A stretch of 55,138 bases of DNA, filler included, from Sphacelaria rigidula (lineage: Eukaryota), in the NCBI GenBank assembly GCA_964200075.2. It is 5 parts of 5 records of this genome, joined end to end, with 100 filler letters (N's around TTAATTAATTAA, not from the genome) between each part and the next. Parts side by side here need not be neighbours in the genome. Positions count along the whole stretch, not along the records: positions 33,145 to 44,091 come from CAXNAA020005638.1; positions 44,192 to 55,138 come from CAXNAA020005639.1; 3 more parts are not named here. One strand, written 5' to 3'. How positions within the stretch are numbered: the stretch's first letter is position 1; each line of letters begins with the position of its first letter. Position numbers and translations under genes: made by a program. The notes beneath the pieces were generated by a model. That model was given only the letters and a program-made list of their open reading frames with translations. It made no database searches and had not been told where the DNA came from. This document shows, in pieces, positions 36,421 through 48,923 of the stretch.

Positions 36421-37821
36421 GCTTTTGCCCATAGGTGCTACCTCCTGGAAAGGCTATAGCAGTGCCGAGCTGAAGCGCCTCGTGTATGACTATGAGAATT
36501 TCTTTCGGCGAGACCGATACTAAGATGGAGACTGGAAACAGCTATCTCGCCGGGAACTCGAGCGCCCCAAGCTAGAACGGAGGAACCAAAAAGAGACTGA
36601 AGCCATGGGCGTTTACGAATAGCTGTTGTGTGATGCGGTATATGATATTATTGCGAGAGGAGTGCGGTGATGAAATAAGGGAATGAGTAACTAACTATAG
36701 ATCGCTGCTACCGTACGCTTCAGCCATGAATTTCGAGTGTTCTTGTCTTCTTCTTTTGTCGCTTTGTTATTGATTGCTTCCCATCTGGTAATATACGGGC
36801 ACATGTGTGAGCCAAGGCGCGTGGGCTCTAGTTCCAGTAGAATAGGCGTCAGTAGTTACAGAAGAGCACCCCTTAAAAGCTGCACTCCTGTAACTATTGA
36901 TCAGTTCGTGGAAAGGTTGTTTGTAGCAAGGTTCAAGCCCTGCACTACCCCAGAATCGAGTGAAACTGATCCGGGGTGTCGACGCGCGATCACGCTAAGT
37001 AGCCGATCGTTCTCCAGTCTAACTGAGATCCCGGGAAAACGACATCGACCGTACTTGTCTGCTGTTTCTGTCGCTGGAAAGGGCGTTATAGATTTTTTCC
37101 CCTTCCTAACGGATGGAATTTCCCCCTGCTTATCAGGGTTTACCTATTCATTAGATCTGCAACGAGTTTTCCCCTGCACAGTAATTCAGCAGGTTTTTCT
37201 CGTTTTACTTTCAGGCGTATGATGCCCAGGCTTTGTTTTTGTTCTGGCCCTTCTAGCCCCCCAATGGATTTTTGTTGAGCCATATGAATATGGCTAGGGG
37301 GATGTTACAGATTTATTGGTCATTTTCCAGTCCACTAGGGTCCATGTGTCATACTTTGTCATGCTTGGTACCTTATGGGTCATTCTACAATGTGCGACCG
37401 GATTGAGCAGCCTGCCCCTCCGTTTTACGGCGTTTTGGACTATGCATCTTGACTAGCAAAGCACAAGTTAGCCTGTACGCCAATAATACAAGAGCATCTA
37501 CGCCATCATAGACTGCTATCTCAGAGGATTCTCTGGTCTTCACAAATGTAAGCCTAACCTTCATGCATCATATGTTGTTCTGGCGTCTGAGCGGCTCATC
37601 GGGTCTGCAGCCCGACGCTGCGAACATGACCGGCTCTGCACTCGGTAAAGTCGAGCTCGATGGCTTCGATACTCATGATTGTGTTTGAGCCCGCTAGCCC
37701 AGGTGCCCACTGACCTGGCACCTTCCTACCTAGGTGGTGAATATCGTACCATGATATACCTATAGAGAAGACTAGTAAATTTACATTCACATAAAATAGC
37801 AGTGCCGTTTGGTGCCGACCG

Positions 37822-40800
37822 ATGAGCAACCCCCCCTCTACAAGTATAGATGCTGGCGAACCAGCAGCGGCGGGTGAGCAGACCACGTCGGAAAAGATGA
37901 TACCCAACGGTACATTGTGTGGTGACGATGAGGTCGTCGAGGTGGCCGGCGATGGCAGCAACAAGCCTCCACCAGCCTGCTCAGCGCAGGCAAGTATCGG
38001 CTCGTTTTTACGCCAAGGGGCTGCTCCCGACTGGGCACCCGCCTCGAGCACCAGCGGTCCAGAATCTATCCCTGCGAGGAAGAAGAAAAAACCTGGACCC
38101 AAGGCCAAAGAAGATCAGCCGAGAGGCGGTGCGGCCCGTCCAAGAGGTTCAACGTCGCCAGACGAGATAAAGGCGTCACTTTGTCCGGATGACGTGCCTG
38201 AGGATGTGTGGCAACGTGTCCACGCGTTTGAGGCCCCACACGGGTACCGCAAGGTCAATATACCACCCGGCTCAATATCGCTGATTTGGTTCGCGGGGGT
38301 CGAGGTAATCCACGAGTAGTTACAACAGGTGGCGTGGATCTGCCTCGCCAGTGCCGAGTGCGAGAAGGAGGTGGAATTGAGGGCTTGGACTGGGGCCAAC
38401 ACCAACTGGGGTAGGCATCTCGCTGGTACGCACGGGCTGCAGTCAACTAGGGGACAAAAAATCAAGGCAACGAAGGCAGAGGCCTGCGATAGGCTTGAAG
38501 CCGCGACGAAGTCCAACTTTTTCAAGATGGGAGCACATAGATATTTTCAGATGAAATGCAGTTGTACTGGTTTGTGATCCAACCAAAAATACTGGCTGTT
38601 GTTGATGAGTTGGCCTTCCTCCTGTGTGACCCCGCGGCTGGCTCGGCCACATGAGCCGAAAGGTGTAGACCGGCGTCCAGAATAGATGAGACGACAACAC
38701 ACACACTGAATTAATCAGCCTGTATTGCTGTATGTGTGTTCATATACAGTATGAACTGAAGCGGTACTGGTCTGTGATACAACCAAAAATACATCCGTTT
38801 GTGTGGGCATGTGTGAAATTACAATCGAAAGCCCTGAAGTCGTGCTGTGTTTGTGTTGACCATTCTACTGCTAGTGTACGTTTGTAGTGCCATGTGTGTG
38901 TTTGGGATGCGATACCTCCGAGAACGTGGTGTACTACTTTTGCGTGAGTACCACCAAACACGTTACGCTGCAGTCGTGCTGTATGTATGTCGCATCATTT
39001 CTTATTTGACAGAATGTGTCTGAAATATGCCGTCGACCAGGAAGTACCACTGTACTGTATATTATTCTTACACTACCCGACAACACTACTGTGGTGTGCA
39101 TGTGCACAGATTTCAAATTCAAAATTCAAAACTTCAAGTTCAAAATTTTTGAATCTGTTTTTACACGAGCTCAAAGTATATATTAAACGGTATATCGAGG
39201 AGAACCATGTGTGTCATGCACGGTACTGTACTGTACTATACTGTACTGTGCTGGGCACGAGGCCATGAGGTGATGGCAATTTTGCACCGTACACACAACG
39301 TGTGTGTGTTGGGGATGCGGCACCTCCGGTAACGTGCTGTACTGCCGTTGCGTGAGTACCACCAAACACGTTACGCTACAGTTGTGCTGTCTGTATGTCG
39401 CATCATTTCTTGTTTGACAAACTGTGTTTGAAATATGCCGCCGACCAGGGGGTATCACTGTACTGTATATTATCGCCATTTTGAGTATCACCGACCATTT
39501 TCTGTTTGCTCTCGAATATGACATCAACGATTCCTCTCCCAATTACGTATCTCTGTGTCGGACGTGACGGCAGATACAGGCAGGTGATGCAAGCACGCGT
39601 TCTGGTGAAAAGGTTCTTGCCGTTCACCTATGTCGAGGACAAGGATGTGCGACACTACCATGCAGCGATGATGATGGACCCTGAAGGCAGGTCGGAACCG
39701 ATGCCGCATCTCAGTGCGAAAGGGGTGAAACATGTACTCCTCGAGACGTACTCGGCGACGAAGGCGGACGAGACGGGAAGACTGCGAAACCTCGCAGATA
39801 AGGCGTGCCTGCCATGTGTTCATCTCAACGTGGACAAATGGGACGACGAGGGATCGGGGAGAGCTTATTTGGGCGTGAGGGTGCTCTGGGTCGAAGAATG
39901 GAGCCTCCGCAGCTCCAACCTCGCGGTAAGCGTAACAAGACGGAAGCATGAGTAGTGAGAGCAGTGTGCCTGGTCTTGTTTTCATTTTGTAGCATGCCGC
40001 TTCGCTTCAATCATGCTTAATACTCCTCTCAGCGACGAAAGGGAGGGAAAATAATACACACCGCCTCGCCAATGAAAATTTTGAAACAACCGAGAGAGGA
40101 CCACCAAATATAGTACATACTAGTCCTCCCAAGGGTGCCAAAAAAATCTCAGACCCCATGCTCCCCCCACATCCCACCCCCCACCCGCCCCCTCAGGCGA
40201 TCGCAGGATTTGTTTTCCTTCATATTAAGAAACACCCAATAAATAGCCCTTCTGGAGCGACTTGGGAGAGGTAGCGCCTTTGATTGTTGGCCCTCTCTGT
40301 CACCATAACATGTGACATAAAGTGGACGCAAACCGGCGGTGCAGATAGATGCGTTTAGCTTGATATAGCAACTACTGCAGAGCATCGTGGTATTCGTCTG
40401 GTCTTGTTCTTGTCGTGGAAGCGTCATGTGAAGTGTATTGCGGAAGCCTATAAACACAACTTAACCTTACTTGACTCCAAAGTTGTCCGAAGAATTGAAG
40501 CTTCATCAACACGAATAATTTTTTATTAGCGACTGTCATGCGTCAATGCCAGATATGTACTGAACGATAAAGGCTCTTTGACTCATCGCTAACGACGTCA
40601 TGTTTGGTAGATCGGCACCTGAAATCCTGGGAAGCCAACAGCGACTTGGAACAAAGGTAAATACTGTTTATTTCATGAACCGTTTTTTTATTATCAAACG
40701 CAGCTTTAAAGCTGCTACTTGCATGAGATTTAGTAACCCCCCCCCCCTCCGACAAAATGCAGGATTCCGGAAAAGCGCATAGGGTGTGAGAGTTATTTTT

Positions 40801-43759
40801 GTGGACACCCTTGATTCTCCCTCAAAAATTCTTAATGAGTCGTGTTGCGCCACGGGTTTAAGGTGAACTCGCCAACGGACCGTCATCCCCCTTCGCGGCG
40901 TTTTCTTCATGCCAGTTGAAAGTATGCAATCCGTCGTCGACCTTGACGGAGTTGAAGGCTTCTCACGTGCTGCTGCAGTGGACGGAGTGCGTGCTCGCAG
41001 AGCACGGGTTGAAGGTGGACGACGTGACGTGCACAGCTCGACATCAGACAGCGGCAGCGATATCAAGCGCATGCTGAACGTCCTCTTCGATGCCGAGTGG
41101 GCATGGTGCGTGCCGCATATGGCCAAACGTGCGTTAGCCGACGCGATGGGAACGCACGTTGACCCGGCCAAATCGAAGAACTAGCCATGCCGGGCGGAGA
41201 TCAAGAAAGTGAAGAGCGTCGTGGAGCACTTCAACAAGTCCGCGAAAATGAGGCAGAAGTTCGACGAGCTGATGGTATGGAAGTAGACTGGTTGAATTGA
41301 TCGATTGTCTCACCTGTACGGATCCACTGTGAATTTAGTAGGACGATACAAGGCTGTAACACCAAATACCGACAAATATGCAAGAGATGGGAACTCGAGT
41401 GCAAGTTGACGAACAAAACAGAGAACCATGTCACGAAGTGTTCTTGATGCGATGCGGGAACCCCGTTCAAAAGCGTACTCGCAGCATAAGCGTTGGAGTG
41501 TTCGTTTCCTTTGTGTTCATCCTGCCTGTCCGACATCATTGCTTGACTGACGTTGTGTGCTGTGTGCCGTGTCTGCCGTCGTACTGTGGTGTGTGCGTGT
41601 TTGTGCAGAGGGAAAAGGTGGGGGAAAGGGTGAGTCTTGTCAGCGACGCGCCCCACAAATGGTTGACCCTGGTCAACGTCCTGGAGGTGATCCTCTCGGT
41701 CTGGCCGGTGCTTCGTATACATTACCGCAAGAACGAGAAGGCCGTTTTCCCCCTGGCGGAATCGGAGGAGATCATCCCCCAGCTGTTCGCCCTAGTCTAC
41801 CCCGTGTCGGACATCATGAACGATTCGCAGGCGCTATCCACGCGGACTGCCGGCAAGACTGTAGTGAATATGGCCGAGCTGAAGGTCGGCGTGCTCAACC
41901 TCGTTGCGAGCTTGACGGTGAGCGCTGGAGTGTTGTTTTCCGCATGTCCTTGAAGGCTCTCTTTCATGATGACCGCTCTGGCTCTCAACATTTTGCCGTT
42001 CAAATGCTGTGCCCGGTCACGCGAGTGTTGCGTGAACTAACATGATTTTTGACAATAATTAGATACCCGTCGGGTCACGGATAGGAAATCGCGGGGTCCA
42101 CCCTTGATTCCACCAATTTTTATTCAATTCAACACGATATGCGCAAGGTACATACCAAACATTTGACGGGTCGGGTATTTCTAGTATTTTTCTTGGTTCT
42201 CCGAGGGTCATTATGTGTCGTCTGAGTGAATAATCTTGCAATGTGCTGAGCATGATCATGCGTAGCTCAACGGCGGACGCATCTTACACTTTTTTACAAT
42301 AGCAATCCTGGAACCTGCCTGTGTGGTCCACAACCCTCGGTCTTTACCTTCCAACAGGTGACTCCCATCCCAGGTTCCTTTGCATTCGAGGACAAGGAGT
42401 ATGTAGCCCGCCCGGTTGAGATCGCGCATGACGACCTGGCCCCCATCGTGCGCGAGACTCGTACCAAGCTGGTGGACGCCTTCGTCACGCGGTATTACGC
42501 GCCCTACTGGGGGAAGGATACCTGTGTGGTCGTCGACATGGCGCTTGCGCTGTACCCGCCATTGAAGAAGTTGAAGTACAGGTACAACATGCGCCTCACA
42601 AAGGAAGAGGGAGCGAGACGAGGCGGCAAGGGTGGTACCAGTGAAGCCGATGTGATTGCAAAGCAGCAAAGAGTGTACAGAGAGATCAAACGTCAGGCGG
42701 TCGCGGCCGCCAAAGCAGCTGGCGCTCGCACGGCGGGGGTCGACACGGAAGGTACCCGGCTGGAAGCCGACTTGCGCCCTGCAGCGCCGGCGCCGAAACG
42801 CCGGAATATTGTATCTGCCAGGGATGCACGCCTGGAAGAGGAAGCCGCAAGGTACGACCATTTGGTCGATTCCAGCGATTCTGAAGACGAGGTCGCGAAA
42901 ACGGCCACGCCGGAGGGCGAGGTGGAGACTGAGTGGAGGGCGTACATGACCATGAGAAAAGTGCGGCTTCAGGAGGTGTGCTACGGTTTGACCCACACCG
43001 CTAGATATTCGAGTTCGGTACTCGATCGTGCGTTAGTACAAGAATAGCATGGTAGTTGTGCAACACTGCAATTCCTGTGGTTTGCTGGTTTCGGCTCTGT
43101 GTGCATTAGTGGTTGCATATCTGTTGCAACATCATATACAGTTCCTAGGCTTTTTTCCTGTTCCCCTCCCGGGCGTCTGTCCGTTGTTGTATCTCCTTGT
43201 GAGCACGCGCTAGATTGGTCCCATCAGCTAATTATGGAAGTCAACTATTTATGCCAGTTAGCTAATTATGTAAGTCAATAAATTAATGAATGCAGTAATT
43301 GGCGGCTGAACCACGATCACGTCATCGGCATGCCCATCATTCGTACCTCTGCCACAGGTGCCGTTTGAGAACGCTCTGAAATGGTGGAGAGACTGCGGTA
43401 CTAGGGAGTTCCGCTGGCTGTCACATGTAGCGAGGTCTGTGTTCGGTCACCCTGCTACAGCGGCCGCTATCGAGCGGGACTTCAGCAGTGCGGGACATAT
43501 GCTCACTCCGCAGCGCTCTCGCCTCGATGCCCTCTATGCTGAGATATTGATGCATCTCAACCTCAACTACGACAGCATCCCAAATTACATCCCGGAAATC
43601 CCGCAAACACAGGTGTTCAAGTACTTGCCTGCGCGAGTGGCGGAACTTGACGACTTGGATGTATCCATCGTCGCGGGAGCCGAAGACGAAATATATGTAT
43701 TTCCGTCGGTGGCGGACACCTCAGGGGTAGGGGCGGGGGTAGAAGAAGCTAAGACATAG
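37822..43759 (+). pseudogene. Intron-containing hAT-family DDE transposase, inactivated (exons ~37822-38550, 39584-39925, 40916-41274, 41609-41917, 42358-42975, 43358-43759)
   Basis: BED-like finger (WICLASAEC...NWGRHLAGTH), catalytic LNVDKW, TSDSGSD, CVPH (CxxH), DAPHKW (DxxTRW equivalent) and dimerisation domain LKWW...ARSVFGHPATAAAIERDFS. Stops at 38317 and 41182, and a 5-bp ACGTG duplication at 41022-41031. Confidence 0.9.
38592..38706 (+). mobile_element. 5'-truncated SINE tail in a transposase intron
   Basis: ccgaaaggtgtagaccggcgtccagaatagatgagacgacaacacacacac matches 52990-53065 and ends in a (CA)n tail. Confidence 0.7.
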
Positions 43760-43911
43760 ACTCCTTGACAGACATCCGTTGGTGGTTATTTTACTGAATG
43801 GTTTTGTGGTTGACGGAGCCACGGTTGTCTCGTCCAGGTAGGTCTCTGCGCCCCCATTTCTCTTGCAGAGCATTGATCGATTTGAAAAGGGTACGTATTC
43901 CCCTTGATACC

Positions 43912-44056
43912 CTTTCCCCTACGATCGTGTGTTTGCGCTAGGTGTCCATTTGTGTTATTTTTTCGTCAAAATGATGATGTAGTGGCCTTATTGATCATTT
44001 CACTTGAAAATAACACAAATGGAGACCTGCTGCAAACACACGACGGTGGGAAAAAG
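43912..44056. mobile_element. Palindromic MITE-like hairpin
   Basis: tcgtgtgtttgc..aggtgtccatttgtgttatttt is the inverse of aaaataacacaaatggagacct..gcaaacacacga. Confidence 0.65.
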
Positions 44057-44091
44057 TACGAGTTGTAGTGGTCACAATATTACCAAATCCT

Positions 44092-44191
44092 NNNNNNNNN
44101 NNNNNNNNNNNNNNNNNNNNNNNNNNNNNNNNNNNTTAATTAATTAANNNNNNNNNNNNNNNNNNNNNNNNNNNNNNNNNNNNNNNNNNNN
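44092..44191. other. Artificial contig spacer
   Basis: N44-TTAATTAATTAA-N44. Confidence 0.98.
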
Positions 44192-44799
44192 GTCACGAGT
44201 CGACTCATTGTACAAAAACCAAGTAATTTCCAGACGAATCATTATTTGTCCGACCCTTGCAAAGCTGCAACCTTTCATATGTATTTTTTTGTGTCAATCG
44301 ATGGTCCACCTTTGGGGTTCGGTGGGAAAGCGGTTCAATATACCTCCTAACCTGTGTATGACCATGGCGATGCATGCAGGATACTCTAATCTAGCAAAAG
44401 GTATGGTTTTAGGTTTGGTTTATTTCGTAATCCTTCCTTCATCGAATGTCCCAGAACAGCAATGATTCCCTCAGGCTCACGATGTTTTTTGCAGCGTATG
44501 CTGGCGAGTGAAACAAGAATATTAAACGCTCAGTTTGACTACTTCAACCAAGAGCTGCACATAGTGGCGTGGACAGCTGCACTTCAAGCTTTGTCCGAAG
44601 GAACAGCAGCCCTCCAACTTGAATGCAACACACAACCCACACGAAGTCAAAATTGTACTGTGTTGTACTGTACTTTGGATAGAAAGATGAACGCTGACGA
44701 AGCATGATGCGCATTCCTACCATTACAGCTATTGCTGCAAAATTCGTTTTGATCGATGTGCCCAGCCCGTCAATCCTTTGACCACTCATGCCTGTTGCT

Positions 44800-46270
44800 C
44801 CGAGTTTTCGTCCGCTAACTGTTCAACGACTTCTTGGAAAAAAAGGCCTCTGAGGCCGTGTCTTATAAAAGCAAATCGACTCGAAAACATGCGGTCGAAT
44901 CGAACTGGTCCTTACGAGGCCGAATTTGATACGTCCACGGCATTTATGTTCCTAGATGGCTTCAAGTCTATTTAATAATTAATTGCGCGCGACGGGCAGG
45001 GTCAAAAACAGAAAAGCTTAGCTTTTTCGAGCGAAACGAGCGGCGGAATGAACGAAGCGGCACGTAACTCCCATGTTGCAGACAACCGTGCCAGATACTA
45101 TTCACAGAAGTACGCAGACCCAAATGGTTAATTCGCAGCTACCTTCTCATCCTTGCGGCACAGATCACAAACTGAAGGCAGGCATACATACACTGCAGTG
45201 AGGGATAGAAATCGACATCACCACTGTTTCGGCATGATGTGTTCCTTTTGTTGGCGAAAACTCGGGCATCTAATTTTGTGGCAGGGTTCACCGACGGAGT
45301 TGCGTGTCGGGGTAGGCGATCGAATTGCCAACGCGCTCATGGGCAGTAGAGGCGGTGAAAAACTGCACATGGTTCAAATCTGCTGTATGTCGCCTTGCCC
45401 GCTTCTTTTCCACCTCGCGGCTGCATGCTGCGCGAAACACACAAACTATTTACACAACAAAGTGGGAGTACAGGCCGCCACTGTTGTACAGTCTGTATGT
45501 TTGTACTGTACTGTATATAGGTAAGGAGGTACCTGCTATCTTGCAGACAATCCTGCCAGATACTACCCTTTCACAGAATTACGCAAAACCCAAATGGTTC
45601 ATTCGCAGCTAGCTACGTACCCAACCCTGCGGCATATATCACGAACTCAGCACAGGGATATATGTACTACAGCAGTGATATGAAAAAACGACACCACCAC
45701 ACTTTAAGCATGATGTGTTCTTCTTGTTGGCGAAAACTTGGGCATCTAATTTTGTGGCAGGGTCCACCGACGGAATTGCGTGTCGGGGCGGGCGATCGAA
45801 TTGCCAACGCGCTCATGGACAGTAGAGGTGGTAAAAAACTGCACGAGGTTGAAATCCGCTTCGCATCCTCCTGTATGCAGAGAGTCAGAAAGCTGTGCTG
45901 TCTGTCAAATCTGCTGTATGTCGCCTTGCCCGCTTCGTTTCCACATCGCGCCCGCATGCTGCGCGAAATACACCATCTGGGCAGTTCAGGCCGCCATTAC
46001 TGTCTACTGGATATAAGTAAAGAAGTACCGCTTCACGAATTTCGATTCAAAGCGTCCATATTCGCTCGGACCCAAACATAGCAAAGCGAAGTGAATCAAT
46101 TCCGCAAAATGGACTCGTTCGAGCCGGAGAAAATTTGATAAGACACGGCCTGAATGCGGAGATGGTCGCCAGATATAGATGGGCGGCTAAAAAGACTTTT
46201 TCGAACGTCAAGCATTGAACCAATGAGCGTGCAATAGCCTTTGCGCACATGGCTGAGCGAAACGGGTGAC
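44800..46270. mobile_element. Probable non-autonomous element with subterminal inverted repeats and an internal ~470-bp tandem duplication
   Basis: AGGCCGTGTCTTAT (~44853) is the inverse of ATAAGACACGGCCT (~46138). 45075-45535 resembles 45540-46030. Confidence 0.55.
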
Positions 46271-46723
46271 CGTTCTTTGCTTTCATATATCATGCAGTCG
46301 CTCTAGGGCTTGCAAAGCCTCGGTGTACATGCGGCTGCATGTACTGCTGAGGGCATCGCTCAAAGTGATCTCCATTCGTAAAAACAGGCGACGCATCTGG
46401 CTACGGTTCGGGCGCAACGATCTGCAACACCTGAAACGAATAGTGAGGCAAGGTCCTGTCGGATATCAACCCATCTGTTTCTGTGTAGGCGTTGTCATTA
46501 CCCCCTACACAAACATTCCGGAAAAATCATGACAAATTGTTCCGAATCCCCCGAAACACCCGTCGAAGTCGCATTCAACTACAAGGGGGGCAGGGCGGTC
46601 AGAGGTTGAAATTGGAGAGTGACCATATCACAAATCCGACTTGCTAGGTAAGTCCCTCGCGTCTATCTGCCCCCAACCCCGTCCCTAAACACGCACAAGC
46701 ACCGACTCTACAGGTAAGGGTAC

Positions 46724-47983
46724 CTCGATGGCCGCCTGCTGCTCATCTTGCTTCGTCTCTTCTGCCGCAAGGTTTGCAGAAGTGTGGTTCCCGCCAGCGG
46801 TTCCATTCACTCCCGCCAAAACCTCCCCTTCCTCCTCCTCCTCCTCTTCCTCATCCTCCCCCAAATTCACCTCGAGCTTCATCATTGCCTCCTCTTGGTC
46901 GAGCATCTCCTCCGCTTTGGCCATTAAATCCTCCTTCTTCGCCCGCCTATTCGCCGGCATGACCACTTTACCATCCGCCCCAAGATCGTAGTCCGCCTCC
47001 CACTCATCGTTTGTACCCTCGAATCTCACACCGCTTGCGCCGATCGCCGGCAGCCCCGCCGCGGCCCGTGCCGCTGCAACGTCAATGACCGCGTCGCCGC
47101 GGGTGCCACTGCGGCCGTTCGCCGCTCCGTCTGCCCCGAGATCCATTTCCAACGAAGCTGCCACCGTCGACCCAGGTTCCTCTTGCATTGTCCATGGCGG
47201 CGGCGGCACCTCGGTTTCCTTGGCTTTCGAGGCCTCGTCTGCCGCTTTGGCGGCAGCGATTATCTCTTTCCGGCGAGCAATGGCAGCCAGGCGGGCGGCT
47301 TCGTACTGTTCCTCGCTGGCCTTTTCTTGTGCGGCGAGCTGGGCCGCGTGGATGTACGACTGCGGCGGGCGCTTTTTTCGGGGCTGTTTCGGCGCTGGCA
47401 GCACCCCTTCGCCGGTCGCAGCGACGGTAGCGCTCGTTTTAGATTTCGGCGGCCGTCCCCGCCTTTTGGGTGGCGGCTTATCAGCTGCGGCGCTTGCACT
47501 GTCGACAACCGGCCCCGGTGCTGGTGCAGGTGCGTCTGGTCGCACTTTTCGAGGTCGGCCGCGTTTCCGCTTCACGACTACTGGCGCTTCATCCGCAAAC
47601 GCCTGGTTCACCAGACCCCCACCGCCGACAGCACCAGAGGAATCACCCTCGCCTCCCGCCGCAGCGGCTCGTAGTGTTGCCACCGTCGTTATTCCTTGGC
47701 AAGGTCTATCGCTGGCTCGAAACGCAGAGCAAAACACCTCTTGCCCATCCGCAGCTGGTATCCGATGATTCAGTCGCCGTGAGGTTGAGAGTGACGACGA
47801 AGCAGTAGCAGTTGCAGTACGCGCGACTGCACCAGCGGAGTGTCGAGTGGGCACATGATTACCCACAAACCCATAACCTTCGCGCGCGATTAAAAACGCA
47901 TAGAGAGCTAAAAGGCCAACCAATGAGGGGTTGTTGAGACCTGGCGGTGCAGGAGGGGCTCGCTGTCGCCTAGGAGCTAGCAT
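46724..47983 (-). CDS. First exon of a probable plastid-targeted protein with two AT-hooks and an acidic tract
   Basis: Hydrophobic signal LVGLLALYAFLIAREGYG-F followed by an S/T/R/A-rich transit-like region. AT-hooks KRGRPRK and RRGRPPK, a poly-E tract, and a GTACCC donor after AAIE. Confidence 0.75.
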
Positions 47984-48923
47984 ACTAGTCTACCCCAACC
48001 GTCCCTTCCGCAAACGCTGGTGTGGCTGGTTCTTGTCCCTTATTGGGACTTCAGTGTACAATACAGATAGTATGATCTACAGCAGACCTTAGTCGACTAG
48101 ATGATATGTGGATCCAGGCTGAAGGGTGTTACAGTTGTGGAGCCTCGAACTGTACGTTGTGTAGATCTTCACACTTGTCACGATGGAGCGGGGTAGCCCT
48201 GCGCCCTACACATGTACCTGCGAGGCACACACATGTTGACTTATATTTTTGGTGTACACATTTGCGTATCGGCTAAGACCCGTGACATACTCCCCGAGAT
48301 TTCAACATCCCTTGCTTTCTCGCAAACGTGCTTTTGCTAACATGGTGACTCATGACTTACCAAAATCCTAATACTATGCAGGGATAGACTAAATTTTCCC
48401 ATATCAGGATCATCTCATGGCGGAGTTCGTACCATACTCTCTACGACAGTACCAACAGTAGTTGTGAAACATATATCTCTGGGTAAAAAAAGGGGGTGTT
48501 ATACCACGTGGATAACTGCTGGCAAGATGACAATGATCAGACTATGCCCTCCACGTTAAGGGATGTATTGGATTTCTGAGCACAATCAACTGTTTTGAGC
48601 CAATTGGGCATACTGTGTTTGATACTGTGCCGTGCTTTGTTTGCGTTCATCGGTAAAACCACGTGTACAGTACTTCTCTGAGCCCAAAACGAAGAGCAAC
48701 TGTCATAATCCAATCTATCGACCACTGAATTCATGGAGGCGTTTCAAATTTCATGGGTAGGGCAGATCCTGCTTGTCAACTCTACAGTTTCTTGTTTGCC
48801 CGAGTCGAAAATATTTGGGGAGGAACACAACACGTACCTCCTAAGGGAACTTTCAAAGCTACCCTCAGAACACTCGACGCCCCCATTTGGTACCGCGAAG
48901 CATACGCACACATCTCTGAAAAT

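Noticed and set aside
38600-38670. Hammerhead ribozyme (TGATGAG...GAAA)
   Set aside because: The CTGA core is imperfect, stems could not be closed, and the sequence is explained as a SINE tail.
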